NCBI GenBank assembly: GCA_018816555.1 | Contig: JAHIVT010000091.1 | Location: forward strand, 70,484 to 134,483 | DNA length: 64,000 nucleotides | Direction of reading: 5' to 3' | DNA from: Pseudomonadota bacterium | GTDB taxonomy: Bacteria > Desulfobacterota > Desulfobulbia > Desulfobulbales > SURF-16 | Part shown: piece after piece, positions 1 to 9,851 of the stretch | Position numbering within the stretch: position 1 is the first letter of the stretch | Layout of the letters: every line of letters starts with the position of its first letter | The notes under the pieces: model-generated | The model's database searches: none | Seen by the model: only the letters and a program-made list of their open reading frames with translations | Told to the model about the DNA's origin: nothing | Made by a program: the position numbers and the translations under genes

Positions 1-84
1 GTGGGCAATCCGGACCGGGACGGCAACCGGCAGAAACTTGAAGCAGCCGGCCGGCTGGTTCTTGACAAACTGCAGGGCCGATAA
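1..84 (+). CDS. 3' end of an unidentified gene (5'-truncated by window edge)
   Basis: Frame 1 is open from base 1 to TAA at 82-84 (VGNPDRDGNRQKLEAAGRLVLDKLQGR*). No recognisable motif. Confidence 0.3.
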   Translation: MGNPDRDGNRQKLEAAGRLVLDKLQGR

Positions 85-147
85 GGCTATGAGGTTGATC
101 CGGGAAATTGTTTTTGAGGGCGAAGCGGGCATAAACGGAGACGACCA

Positions 148-585
148 ATGAATCTTTTTGCCTATGGGACGCTGATGTGTGCCGATATCATGCTGCAGGT
201 TGCCGGTTGTCTGCCGGCACAATTGCCTGTCGCCCTTGCTCATTACCGGCGCTGCCGGGTTCGAGGCGAGGAGTATCCGGCAATTGTCGGGCAGCAGGAC
301 GCCGCTGTCCAGGGGTTGGTTTATCTCGATGTGCCCCAGGAGGCATGGCAGCGACTGGACGGCTTCGAGGGCGAGATGTATGACAGGCGTCCCGTTCTGG
401 TGGACGGCGTGGAAGGCAAAAGTCTGGCGGCCCATACCTATGTCATCCGGCCGGAATTTGCCCATCTTCTGCTCCCGTCTGAGTGGAGCTATGAGGAGTT
501 CCTCCGCACGGGCAGGAAAAGATTTGCCGCGGATTATGGCGGCTTTGCCGCACTGGCGGAGGGACAGGAGGGCTGGGGCCGATGA
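148..585 (+). CDS. gamma-glutamylcyclotransferase (AIG2/GGACT-like) family protein
   Basis: N-terminus MNLFAYGTLM and overall size (145 aa) are typical of the AIG2-like GGCT fold. Confidence 0.8.
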   Translation: MNLFAYGTLMCADIMLQVAGCLPAQLPVALAHYRRCRVRGEEYPAIVGQQDAAVQGLVYLDVPQEAWQRLDGFEGEMYDRRPVLVDGVEGKSLAAHTYVIRPEFAHLLLPSEWSYEEFLRTGRKRFAADYGGFAALAEGQEGWGR

Positions 586-665
586 CCTCCTTTTATTTTC
601 GGGACCCGGACGGCAATCTCATTGAGGTCTGCAGCTATGAAGAGGCTGACCGGCCGCTACCTTAA
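582..665 (+). pseudogene. 27-codon remnant of a glyoxalase/VOC-family gene (C-terminal beta-strand only)
   Basis: ATG at 582 overlaps the TGA of the preceding gene (ATGA). It translates MTSFYFRDPDGNLIEVCSYEEADRPLP*. FYFRDPDGNLIEV is the classic C-terminal VOC/glyoxalase signature, but the rest of the domain is absent. Confidence 0.4.
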
Positions 666-678
666 ATTATCATAACCC

Positions 679-1356
679 ATGTCCATCAAAGCCGTTTTTG
701 ATCTATATGCCAGCCAATACGATGGCTCGCGCCGCAAGCTTATCCCCTGCTTTGCTGATTTCTACCGGACTGCCCGGGAAATTATCCCCTTTGCCCCTGA
801 AGAAAGGTTGACGATTCTGGATCTTGGCGCCGGTACCGGCCTGCTGACGTCAATGGTAGCCGCAGACTTTGCCAATGCCCGCTTTTCCCTGATGGATATT
901 TCCGCTAACATGCTGGCTGAGGCCGAAAAAAGACTAAGCGGCTATGGCAACGAATTTTCCTATGTTGTGGCCGATTATAGCCGCATACCATCATTGGGGG
1001 AGCAATTTGATCTGATCATGTCGTCGCTCTCCATCCATCACCTTGATCAGCGGCAGAAACAGGAGTTGTTCGGCAAGGTGTTTGCCCATCTTGCCCCCGG
1101 CGGAGTATTTGTCAACGCTGATCAGGCATTGGGGGAAACCGCGGAGATTGAAAAGATCTACCGGCAGAAGTGGCTTGAGCAGGTCAAGGGGAACGGCGTA
1201 ACGGACGCCGAGCTGCAGGGGGCCTTGACCAGAATGAAGGAGGACAGGATGTCCACCCTGTCCTGGCAGCTTGCGTCCCTGCAGGATGCCGGTTTTCATG
1301 ACGTGAACTGCTGGTATCAGCATTACAGTTTTGCCGTTTACAGCGGCAGCAGATGA
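679..1356 (+). CDS. class I SAM-dependent methyltransferase
   Basis: Motif I ILDLGAGTGLLT, a post-I acidic residue, and LSIHHL / GGVFV motifs. Confidence 0.85.
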   Translation: MSIKAVFDLYASQYDGSRRKLIPCFADFYRTAREIIPFAPEERLTILDLGAGTGLLTSMVAADFANARFSLMDISANMLAEAEKRLSGYGNEFSYVVADYSRIPSLGEQFDLIMSSLSIHHLDQRQKQELFGKVFAHLAPGGVFVNADQALGETAEIEKIYRQKWLEQVKGNGVTDAELQGALTRMKEDRMSTLSWQLASLQDAGFHDVNCWYQHYSFAVYSGSR

Positions 1357-1390
1357 TCAAACAGAATTTTAACCGCAGGAGAATGGTGTT

Positions 1391-2605
1391 TTGGAAACAG
1401 TGCCGCTGCAGGAACTTGAAAACCGCTGGAACAGATGTCGCGCTCTGCTGCAAAACTGCGTGCCCCGGGCAGCAGGAATCATCGTCTTTTCACGCCTGAA
1501 TATCTATTATCTGAGCGGCACCTTCGGCAACGGCATCTTCTGGCTGCCGCTCGAAGGCAAGCCAGTGCTGCTCTGCCGCCGAGGCTTGGACCGGGCAGGG
1601 CTTGAATCGGCTGTGGATAACATCTTCCCGTTCAGATCGTATAAAGAGATCGAGGCGGTCCTGCATGATGCCGGCTCTCCCCTGCCGGAAACCGTTGCCG
1701 TGGAGATGAACGGCCTGTCATGGGCGCTTGGCAACAGTTTAACCACTGCCCTGCCCGGCCATGTCTTTCTGCCCGGAGACAAGGTGCTGGCCATGGTCCG
1801 GGGCACCAAGTCCGACTGGGAGCTGGCAAAGCTGGACAAGGCTGGAGCAGGGCATGCCCGTTGTCTGGTGGAGCTTCTCCCTCCCCTGCTCAAGGAGGGC
1901 ATGACAGAGCTGGCCATAGCCCACTGCTTGTCCAATATCTTTTATGCCGAGGGCCATCATGGTATTTTAAGAATGGGCAGTTATGGCGAAGAGGTTTTTA
2001 TGGGCCATATTGCCGCAGGGGACAGCGGCAATTATCCCAGTGTGTTTAATGGTCCGCTCGGTCTGCGCGGCGCCCATCCCGCGGTGCCGCACATGGGGTC
2101 GGGCAGCAAGGTCTGGAGGGCGGGAGAGCCGCTGACCATTGACAACGGTTTCTGTTTTGCAGGCTACCAGACCGATAAGACCCAGGTCTACTGGCTGGGA
2201 GAGCGAGGCACCATCCCGGCCAGCGTACAGGCTGCCCAGGATTTCTGCATCGAGGTGCAGAGCTGGGTTGTCGATCACCTCAAACCCGGGGCGCTGCCGA
2301 GCGATATCTGGCATCACGTGTCCGCCTGGGCGGACCAAGAGGGCTGGGGCAAAGGCTTCATGGGACTCGGCAAAAACAAGGTAGGCTTTGTCGGCCATGG
2401 CATCGGCCTGGCCATTGATGAGTATCCCGTCCTGGCCCGGGGTTTTGATCTGCCCCTTGAACAGGGCATGGTGCTGGCCGTTGAACCGAAAATAGGCATT
2501 CCAGCGGTGGGCATGGTTGGGGTTGAAAACACCTTTGTGGTGACGGAGCATGGTGGACGAAGCCTGACCGGAGACCAGTTCACCATCATCTGTGTTGAAG
2601 CCTGA
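1391..2605 (+). CDS. M24-family metallopeptidase (Xaa-Pro aminopeptidase-like)
   Basis: TTG start. N-terminal creatinase-like region plus a pita-bread C-terminal region with GHGIGLAIDEYP and VEPK...GVENTFVVTE motifs. Confidence 0.85.
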   Translation: METVPLQELENRWNRCRALLQNCVPRAAGIIVFSRLNIYYLSGTFGNGIFWLPLEGKPVLLCRRGLDRAGLESAVDNIFPFRSYKEIEAVLHDAGSPLPETVAVEMNGLSWALGNSLTTALPGHVFLPGDKVLAMVRGTKSDWELAKLDKAGAGHARCLVELLPPLLKEGMTELAIAHCLSNIFYAEGHHGILRMGSYGEEVFMGHIAAGDSGNYPSVFNGPLGLRGAHPAVPHMGSGSKVWRAGEPLTIDNGFCFAGYQTDKTQVYWLGERGTIPASVQAAQDFCIEVQSWVVDHLKPGALPSDIWHHVSAWADQEGWGKGFMGLGKNKVGFVGHGIGLAIDEYPVLARGFDLPLEQGMVLAVEPKIGIPAVGMVGVENTFVVTEHGGRSLTGDQFTIICVEA

Positions 2606-2657
2606 TTGCCTTGAAAAATGAGGTTTCTGGTTCGCGGACAGGGAGAGGGGAGTGGTT

Positions 2658-3560
2658 ATGAAGCTTGCCGATGTTTCTTATAAAACCATCATCGAGAACC
2701 TGCATGACGGTTTGTATTTTGTCGACCGCAACAGAGTCATAACCTACTGGAACAAGGCCGCTGAGCAGATATCCGGTTTTGCCGCGGATGAGGTGGTCGG
2801 CCGGTCCTGTTCCGACAACATTCTCACCCATGTGGACGGCAGCGGCAGAAGCCTCTGTTTTGGCATGTGCCCTCTTGCCCAGAGCATTACCGATGGCAAA
2901 TTCCGTGAGGCGGAAGTGTATATGCACCACAAGGATGGGCACAGAATACCCGTTTCCGTGCGCGTCAGTGTGCTGCGTGATAAAGAGGGCAGAATCATCG
3001 GCGGTATTGAGCTGTTTACCGACATCAGCAACCAGAAGGCCAATGCGCTACGGCTGCAGGAGCTGGAAAAACTGGCCCTGCTGGATAATCTCACCCAGCT
3101 GGCAAACAGGCACTATATTGAGCGGGAATTACTGAGTCGCTTTGAAGAAAAAAAGCGTTTCCAGATGCCGTTCGGCGTTCTTTTCATGGATATCGACCAG
3201 TTTAAGCAGTTTAATGACAGCTATGGGCATGACGCCGGTGATGAGGTGCTGCGTTTTGTGGCAAAAACCTTTCTTGCCAACTCCAGACCTTTTGATCTCT
3301 ACGGCCGTTGGGGCGGAGAGGAATTTCTCGCCATTATCCGCAATATTTCGCCCCAGGACCTTGAACAGCTGGGCAACAGGTTGCGCTTGCTGGTGGAGCA
3401 GTCCTATATCACTTATGGAGGTGAGAGGCTGCAGGTGACCATCTCCCTTGGCGCCACCCTGGTGCAGGATGATGACAATGTGGAGAGCCTGCTTAAAAGA
3501 GCGGACACCCTCATGTACCGGAGCAAGGCGGCCGGCCGCAACTGTCTGACGATGGGATGA
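2658..3560 (+). CDS. PAS-domain diguanylate cyclase (GGDEF)
   Basis: PAS-like N-terminus (LHDGLYFVDRNRVITYWNKAAEQISG) and a GGDEF domain with an intact GGEEF active site. ATG 2658 is preceded by GGGAGAGGGGAG; the ORF track begins 6 nt earlier at GTG. Confidence 0.9.
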   Translation: MKLADVSYKTIIENLHDGLYFVDRNRVITYWNKAAEQISGFAADEVVGRSCSDNILTHVDGSGRSLCFGMCPLAQSITDGKFREAEVYMHHKDGHRIPVSVRVSVLRDKEGRIIGGIELFTDISNQKANALRLQELEKLALLDNLTQLANRHYIERELLSRFEEKKRFQMPFGVLFMDIDQFKQFNDSYGHDAGDEVLRFVAKTFLANSRPFDLYGRWGGEEFLAIIRNISPQDLEQLGNRLRLLVEQSYITYGGERLQVTISLGATLVQDDDNVESLLKRADTLMYRSKAAGRNCLTMG

Positions 3561-3584
3561 GACAAGATAAAAAGGGTGCCGGAG

Positions 3585-4802
3585 CTAGAAAGACGGCATG
3601 GGCATGGCGCCCCATTTGTTTTTTCCCGACGGGATGATAATGGAAACAATACGGTGATCATCGGCATCCATATCAACCAGCAGGACCGGCTTTCTCTTCA
3701 TGCCCAGCTTGAATATCTCCTGTGGCTGGGCCAGGCCGCCCTGGTCATCGCTTACCCGCACAAAAACAAAACGTTCGACATGGTAATCCGTTTCCACGCT
3801 GCCTAGTGTCCTGATATAGTTATAGAAAATTTTAAAGAATTTCCCCAGCCCTCCCTTGAATTTATGCTGGTGCCATTCAAGCACCTCAGGAAAGCGTTCA
3901 ATAATATCGTCGGAAAAACGGCGGTCTTCATCGGTGACGATCGCGGTCAGAAAAAAATCACCCGGGAATATATAGACCAGATTGGCACCGATCTCTCCCT
4001 GCAGAAAGGGCTTAACCTTGCTGGAGGAGGCGACTTTTTCGTAAAGCGTGCGGACTTCCGCCGGCGGACGGGGGAAAACGGGCAATACCGTCATGGAGTT
4101 AACCTCCACCGCGGGCAGCTGTTTGATGGTATAGGTTCTGATCCCCATGGCCAGCCCGATGCAACAGACCAGGGTAAGACAATAGGCGACAAGAATGCCC
4201 AGCCATTTCGGCTGGAGCCAGCCGAAGAGGAGCCGGTAGATTTTGCCGCCCGGCTCGCCCGGGATGAACATGGGGGTATTGCTCATGTATGTCTCATAGC
4301 TGCCCGGAGCTTCCTGGGTCATGCGCCACTCTTCATTGCGGGCCAGCAGGTAATAGACAAAGAGCATGGTGACGTACATGATGAGGATGATGAAGCGGGG
4401 CCAGTAGAGCAGAAGACCGAATCCCGAGATGGCGAGAAACAGGTACTGCGGGTGCCTGATTTTTTTGTAAAAGCTCATCTGCACCACCCCTCGGCCGGTA
4501 AAACGGCCGTAGTACAGGGGGATTGCCGCGGATAAGAACAGAAGGAGACCTATGGGCAGCAGGATCTGCAGATAGGAGATGATGAGGATGACCTGATCAT
4601 TGGGGAAGGTCATGTGCGGCAGAAAAAATTCCGTGGTCCAGCTCAGGTAGGGCGAGGAGGAAAAGAATTCCAGCACCGGTCCGTAAACCGAGTAAAAATA
4701 GAGCGCAAACGGCGAGATCATGATAATGATCTCCACTCCGATCAGGCAATAGGCGGCAATTGTCGCAACCAGAAACCACTGGTGACTTTTCTGCTGGGCC
4801 AT
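3585..4802 (-). CDS. polytopic membrane protein with isoprenylcysteine carboxyl / phospholipid methyltransferase-like domain and uncharacterised C-terminal domain
   Basis: Multiple TM helices. The KKIRHPQYLFLAISGFG...ARNEEWRM motif is typical of the ICMT/PEMT family. The C-terminal ~190 aa have no motif I recognise. Confidence 0.7.
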   Translation of the reverse strand: MAQQKSHQWFLVATIAAYCLIGVEIIIMISPFALYFYSVYGPVLEFFSSSPYLSWTTEFFLPHMTFPNDQVILIISYLQILLPIGLLLFLSAAIPLYYGRFTGRGVVQMSFYKKIRHPQYLFLAISGFGLLLYWPRFIILIMYVTMLFVYYLLARNEEWRMTQEAPGSYETYMSNTPMFIPGEPGGKIYRLLFGWLQPKWLGILVAYCLTLVCCIGLAMGIRTYTIKQLPAVEVNSMTVLPVFPRPPAEVRTLYEKVASSSKVKPFLQGEIGANLVYIFPGDFFLTAIVTDEDRRFSDDIIERFPEVLEWHQHKFKGGLGKFFKIFYNYIRTLGSVETDYHVERFVFVRVSDDQGGLAQPQEIFKLGMKRKPVLLVDMDADDHRIVSIIIPSGKNKWGAMPMPSF

Positions 4803-5016
4803 TTCATTTCCCCTTTTCTCTGGGTCATACCACCAAAAAAGATAAGATTTGACAGTGCCTGGACAATGGTGGTTTTATTGATGAAACAATATATCATGTT
4901 ATTTGTCTAGCAATCAATTTCTGCGGTGAATAATGCGCCAGGCCCTGCAGCAGCCCGACTTTTCCAAGCAGGCAGGCAGTTGCTGTTGTCTATAAAAAAA
5001 GCAAGTAAAGGCAGTT

Positions 5017-5874
5017 ATGATACCAGTTTATCCAGACTTTTCGGAAATTGACCTGCTGCAGCGGGCGACCATGCATCCCCTGTTTCAGCAGCTGCCGGAC
5101 GGCATTTCCGAGTTCACCTTTGCCAATATTTATCTTTTCAGAAACAGCCATCACTACCGGGTGTCCAGGCTCTCCGACGAATTGCTGCTCATTGCCGGCA
5201 CTGACGAGGGGAAGCCATTTTTCATGCTGCCCTTCGGTCTGCCGGATGAGACGCTGCTGCAGCGGTTTTTTAAAGATTTCGGCACAATGAAGTGCGTTTC
5301 CGCGCTCCAGGCCGAGGTGCTGACGCAATTGGGATGCCGGGTCTTGGAAGATCGGGACAACTTTGATTATCTTTACCTGCGCAAGGATCTTGCCGAGCTC
5401 ACCGGCGGGAAATTTCATAAAAAACGCAACCTGATCAAGGCATTTGTCAGCAATTATTCCTACGAGGGCCGGCCGCTGCTGGAAGAGTACATGCCGGATG
5501 CCCTGAGTGTTTTGGATGCCTGGAGGAAGGGGCGGGATGATCCGGGTGATTACATCGCGGCAAAAGAGGCCCTGGAAAAGGCCGAGGAACTGCAGCTGTG
5601 CGGTGGGGTCTATTATGTTGGCGGCAGGCCTGTTGCTTATTCTCTGGGCGAGGAGCTGATGATGGGCAGAAGTTTTGCCATCCATTTTGAAAAGGCCATC
5701 GGTGAGTATAAGGGACTGTGGCAGTTCGTCAATCAGGCATTCGCATCGATTTTGCCGGATATTTATGAAACCGTCAATCGGGAGCAGGATCTGGGCGAAG
5801 AAGGTTTGCGCCATGCCAAGCTCAGCTATAAGCCCTGTGATTTTGTTAAAAAATTTCGAGCCGTCTTGTTTTAG
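5017..5874 (+). CDS. DUF2156-type (phosphatidylglycerol lysyltransferase C-terminal-like) domain protein
   Basis: FTFANIYLFR and the following GNAT-like fold pattern are typical of DUF2156 proteins. The long antisense ORF 4990-5886 is a shadow. Confidence 0.7.
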   Translation: MIPVYPDFSEIDLLQRATMHPLFQQLPDGISEFTFANIYLFRNSHHYRVSRLSDELLLIAGTDEGKPFFMLPFGLPDETLLQRFFKDFGTMKCVSALQAEVLTQLGCRVLEDRDNFDYLYLRKDLAELTGGKFHKKRNLIKAFVSNYSYEGRPLLEEYMPDALSVLDAWRKGRDDPGDYIAAKEALEKAEELQLCGGVYYVGGRPVAYSLGEELMMGRSFAIHFEKAIGEYKGLWQFVNQAFASILPDIYETVNREQDLGEEGLRHAKLSYKPCDFVKKFRAVLF

Positions 5875-5991
5875 CAGAAAGTGCAAGAAACTTTGAGCAT
5901 TCTGTCAGCCAGGCGATTGACAAGCTCTTTTTCTGTATTAAGATATGACAAAAAATGCTGTAACACTAAATATTTCTGGAGATTTGCCGTG

Positions 5992-6579
5992 ATGAAAAGA
6001 ATTGCTTTGTTTATTCCTGTTTTACTGCTGGTATGTTTCGGCCTCAGCGGCTGCGGCTATAATACGATTCAGCAAAATGACGAAACAGTTATTGCCGCCT
6101 GGGGTGATGTGGAGTCTGCTTATCAACGCCGCGCCGACCTGATCCCCAATCTGGTGGAGGTGGTGAAAGGGTATGCCGCCCATGAAAAGGAGACGCTCAC
6201 CGCGGTCACCGAGGCCCGCGCCAAGGTGGGCCAGTTGAAAATCGGCAGCGATGTCGTCAACAACCCCGAAGCCCTTGCCCAGTTCCAGAGCGCCCAGGGG
6301 GGCTTAAGTTCAGCCCTGTCGAAACTGATGGTGGTGGTGGAGCGGTATCCTGATCTCAAGGCCAACCAGAATTTCCTGGATCTGCAGCACCAGCTTGAAG
6401 GGACGGAAAACAGAATCAATGTTGCCCGTGTCCGCTATAACGAAGCCGTGCGGGTATTCAACACCTCGATCCGCACCTTCCCCAATAATCTGACCAATAA
6501 TTTCTTCCTGAAACTGCCGCGGCGCGAACCGTTCAAGGCAGATGCCGGGGCCGAGACCGCCCCTAAGGTAAAGTTTTAA
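5992..6579 (+). CDS. lemA: LemA family protein
   Basis: ATG 5992 gives MKRIALFIPVLLLVCFGLSGCGYN (membrane anchor / lipobox-like). The body has canonical LemA motifs (RRADLIPNLVEVVKGYAAHEKETL, ERYPDLKANQNF, RYNEAVRVFNT). Confidence 0.9.
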   Translation: MKRIALFIPVLLLVCFGLSGCGYNTIQQNDETVIAAWGDVESAYQRRADLIPNLVEVVKGYAAHEKETLTAVTEARAKVGQLKIGSDVVNNPEALAQFQSAQGGLSSALSKLMVVVERYPDLKANQNFLDLQHQLEGTENRINVARVRYNEAVRVFNTSIRTFPNNLTNNFFLKLPRREPFKADAGAETAPKVKF

Positions 6580-6607
6580 GGTCGGTTGACAATTCCGGGA
6601 AAACACA

Positions 6608-7492
6608 TTGAGAGCTTTCGCACAATACATCCATAGATGGCGCCTGGGTGTCTCCCTGCTGCTCGTGGCCTGCATTCTCGGCCTGGGCAGTCTTGCCCTT
6701 GCCCTGGATGTTCCCCCCTATAAGGGCTATGTCAATGACTATGCCAATATGATCTCGCCCCAGGAGGAAACAAAGCTTGAGCGGGCTCTGCAGTCGTTTG
6801 ATATGACCGATTCCACCCAGGTGGCAATACTGACCATTGCCTCGCTGGAGGGAGATTCGCTGGATGATTTCAGCATCAGGACGGTGGATCAGTGGAAGGT
6901 CGGGCAGAAGGGCAAGGATAATGGCGTGCTGCTCTTGATCGTCAAAAACGATAGAAAGATCAGGATCGAGGTGGGCAGGGGGCTGGAACCCGTGCTCACC
7001 GATCTGTTAAGCGGCCGCATTATTGACACTGTCATCAGCCCGTACTTCAAGAGCGGTAAATTTGACCAGGGCATTGAGGCGGGGGTTGCAGCGATTATCC
7101 AGGCCACCCGAGGCGAATTCAAGGCGGACCGGCGGGGGGTAAGGCGGGGTAAAGAACCGCCGCCGTTGCTTTTTCAGTTTCTTTTTTTCGGCCTGTTCCT
7201 GGTTGCCTTCCTGGGCAAAATCTGGCGGCCTCTTGGGGTGATCGGCGGTGCAGTGCTTTTCCCCCTGGCCATTCTCTTCGGGCTGCTGCCCTTCAGCTTT
7301 CTGCTGCTGCTTCTGCTGATCCCGGCCGGCGCCTTTGGCGGCTGGCTGCTGCCGTTTTTTATGGCCGGGATGTTGCGGGGAGGGGGCATGGGCTATTATG
7401 GCGGCGGCGGTGGCGGTGGTTTAGGCGGGGGTGGATTCGGCGGCTTTGGAGGAGGCGGTTTCGGAGGCGGCGGCGCTTCCGGCGGATGGTGA
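6608..7492 (+). CDS. TPM-domain protein (YgcG-like) with TM segments and Gly-rich C-terminal tail
   Basis: Signal/anchor, then a TPM phosphatase-like domain (GYVNDYANMISPQEETKLERAL...QVAILTI...GVLLLIV...RIEVGRGLE). The tail is GGGGGGGLGGGGFGGFGGGGFGGGG. TTG start. Confidence 0.85.
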   Translation: MRAFAQYIHRWRLGVSLLLVACILGLGSLALALDVPPYKGYVNDYANMISPQEETKLERALQSFDMTDSTQVAILTIASLEGDSLDDFSIRTVDQWKVGQKGKDNGVLLLIVKNDRKIRIEVGRGLEPVLTDLLSGRIIDTVISPYFKSGKFDQGIEAGVAAIIQATRGEFKADRRGVRRGKEPPPLLFQFLFFGLFLVAFLGKIWRPLGVIGGAVLFPLAILFGLLPFSFLLLLLLIPAGAFGGWLLPFFMAGMLRGGGMGYYGGGGGGGLGGGGFGGFGGGGFGGGGASGGW

Positions 7493-8127
7493 TCATGAAG
7501 GCTGAAACATTTTTTACGGAAGCTGACAAAAAGAAAATCGCTGATGCGGTTCGCGCCGTGGAGCTGAAAACGGCCGGTGAGATTGCGGTGATGGTTGTCG
7601 ACCGGAGCGATGCCTATCCCGAGGGCCAGATTCTGGCTGGCGGTCTCATCGGCAGCCTGTTGGCCCTTGCCGCAACAGAGCTGTTCTGGGGTGGGGCTTT
7701 ATGGGTGTTTGTGGTGTCGGCCCTTGTGCTGACCGCCCTCTGCGGCTGGCTTGTGCACTATCTGCCCGAGGTCAAAAGATTCTTTACCCCCAATGACCGG
7801 CTGGAACTGCAGGTGCGGGACCGAGCCCTTACCGCCTTTTATGAAAAGGGACTGTATAAAACCCGTGATGAGAGCGGCGTGCTTTTTTTTATTTCCCTTT
7901 TTGAACACAAGGTCTGGGTGCTGGCGGACAAGGGAATCTATGACAAGATAAGGCAGGAGACCCTGCAGGCATACGCCCATGATATTGCCGCGGGCATTAA
8001 GAGCGGCAAGGCCGCCGATATGCTGTACCGGGCGATCACGGATGCGGGGGAACTCCTGGCCCGTCATTTTCCTGTCAAACCCGATGACGTCAATGAGCTC
8101 TCCGACGAGGTCATTATCGGGCAATAA
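7486..8127 (+). CDS. TPM-domain (DUF477-like) membrane protein
   Basis: FFTEADKKKIADAVRAVELKTAGEIAVMVV is typical of the second TPM protein of LemA-TPM-TPM operons. It overlaps the upstream stop by 7 nt. Confidence 0.8.
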   Translation: MVIMKAETFFTEADKKKIADAVRAVELKTAGEIAVMVVDRSDAYPEGQILAGGLIGSLLALAATELFWGGALWVFVVSALVLTALCGWLVHYLPEVKRFFTPNDRLELQVRDRALTAFYEKGLYKTRDESGVLFFISLFEHKVWVLADKGIYDKIRQETLQAYAHDIAAGIKSGKAADMLYRAITDAGELLARHFPVKPDDVNELSDEVIIGQ

Positions 8128-8186
8128 TTTGCTCGGATGGGCTTGTTTCTGCACATTTTCGATGTCATTTCAGCGGCTATCTGTTA

Positions 8187-9602
8187 ATGATGCGTAGAGA
8201 TAAAAACAACGCACCATCTTGCCCTTTGATCAACAATCAACACCTTCCCGATGCCATGGACGAAAAAAAATTGCAGGCGGAGCTGCAGCACCATGTTCGC
8301 AATAGCTTGTTGCCGCTCTTCAACCGTTACCGGCTCGATTACTCCGACTTGGAGTCAGTGCTCAAGTGGAAGCCCATCGTTCTCATTATCGGCAATTATT
8401 CCTCCGGCAAGTCCACCCTCATCAACGAGCTCATCGGACAGAACATCCAGCGCACCGGCCAGGCTCCCACGGATGATTCGTTTACCATCCTCACCTCTCA
8501 TGGTAGTGGGGAGGGCGAAAGAGAGGTACCCGGCTCCACCCTGGTAAACGATGAAACCCTGCCTTTCGGCAGGTTCAAGTCATTTGGCGAGCAGTTTATC
8601 GCCCATTTTCGTCTGAAAAAGGTTGATGTCCCTTTCCTGGAGAATATGGCCCTGATCGACAGTCCGGGCATGCTGGACGCGGTCACTGAAAAGGATCGCG
8701 GTTATGATTACCTGGCCGTGCTCGGTGAGTTCGCCAAACTGGCCGACCTCGTTGTTCTCATGTTTGACCCCCATAAGGCCGGCACCATCAGCGAGACCTA
8801 TACCGCCATACGCAGCACCCTGCCCGATACTTCCGGGGAGGACAGGATCGTTTTCGTCATGAGCCGCATCGATGAGTGCGATAACCTGAGCGATCTGGTC
8901 AGGTCTTATGGTACTCTGTGCTGGAATCTTTCCCAGATGACGGGCCGCAAGGATATCCCCACCATTTATGTCACCTATGCCCCAAGCGAGGCGGAACCAT
9001 CGGAAATTCTCTCAGTCTGGCGGGAGGAACGGGAGCAGCTGAAAAAGAAAATCCTGTCCGCTCCGGGATTTCGCGTCAATCATATTCTGCAGGACATCGA
9101 CCGGCAGGCCAATGAGCTGCTGCTGGTCTGCGAGGCGATGTGCACCTTCAGCAGCATGGGCAGAACAATTCTGGCCGGTGTCGGCAAGTTTACCCTTGTG
9201 GCAGGTCTGGCTGCCTTTTTTCTCACCGGGCCCATCCTCAAGGGTCTTACCGGCGTGCCGGACGAGCCGCTGATCAGCGCTCTGCTGCAGGGTACCGTCA
9301 CCCCTCAGCACCTGTTGTTTCCTTTGATCGGTGCAGCCGTTGTCTGTTTTCTCGCCTGGCTGTGGTTTACCCGGTGGAGTTTCCCGCGGCTGGTGCGAAA
9401 ATGCCAGGCGCGCATGGCCGGGCTCGTTACTCTTGACAGCAGCTACAAGAAAACTCTGTGGGGCAAGGTCGAGAGCAAGGTTGGCTCATTGCTTTCCCAT
9501 GCCGGATTGTCTGACCTGGGCGGTGTTCATCAGCGAAATTTGGGCAAAATAAGGCGATTTATTGTTAGGGAGTTACAGGACTACTATAACAAAATTAGGT
9601 AA
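8187..9602 (+). CDS. bacterial dynamin-like GTPase with C-terminal membrane hairpin
   Basis: G1 P-loop GNYSSGKSTLINELIG, G3 LIDSPGM and a G4-like SRID. Hydrophobic paddle segments sit near the C-terminus. The start is uncertain (ATG 8187 or 8256). Confidence 0.8.
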   Translation: MMRRDKNNAPSCPLINNQHLPDAMDEKKLQAELQHHVRNSLLPLFNRYRLDYSDLESVLKWKPIVLIIGNYSSGKSTLINELIGQNIQRTGQAPTDDSFTILTSHGSGEGEREVPGSTLVNDETLPFGRFKSFGEQFIAHFRLKKVDVPFLENMALIDSPGMLDAVTEKDRGYDYLAVLGEFAKLADLVVLMFDPHKAGTISETYTAIRSTLPDTSGEDRIVFVMSRIDECDNLSDLVRSYGTLCWNLSQMTGRKDIPTIYVTYAPSEAEPSEILSVWREEREQLKKKILSAPGFRVNHILQDIDRQANELLLVCEAMCTFSSMGRTILAGVGKFTLVAGLAAFFLTGPILKGLTGVPDEPLISALLQGTVTPQHLLFPLIGAAVVCFLAWLWFTRWSFPRLVRKCQARMAGLVTLDSSYKKTLWGKVESKVGSLLSHAGLSDLGGVHQRNLGKIRRFIVRELQDYYNKIR

Positions 9603-9736
9603 AAATACGGTATTCACTGGTTAAAACACTACTATTTTGTGGTTATTTTCCGTAGTATAACTTATTGATTAAAATAGTATTGTCAATAAATGAATGAGTA
9701 TTCATGCATAAAATGAAAAATATGCCATTTGCATTC

Positions 9737-9765
9737 TTGACAAATGCAAAAGCATCGATTATTTA
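9737..9765 (+). promoter_or_regulatory. sigma70-type promoter of dsrC (TTGACA-17-TATTTA)
   Basis: TTGACA at 9737-9742, a 17-nt spacer and TATTTA at 9760-9765, inside a very AT-rich 250-bp intergenic region. The -35 box sits in the loop of the inverted repeat TTTGCAT/ATGCAAA. Confidence 0.5.
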
Positions 9766-9851
9766 GGATTATTTATTAGAGAAGGTAAGTTAATCTTGCT
9801 AAGCGCAACTAACATTAGCAATTTGAATTAATCTCGCAAAGGAGGAATCAC

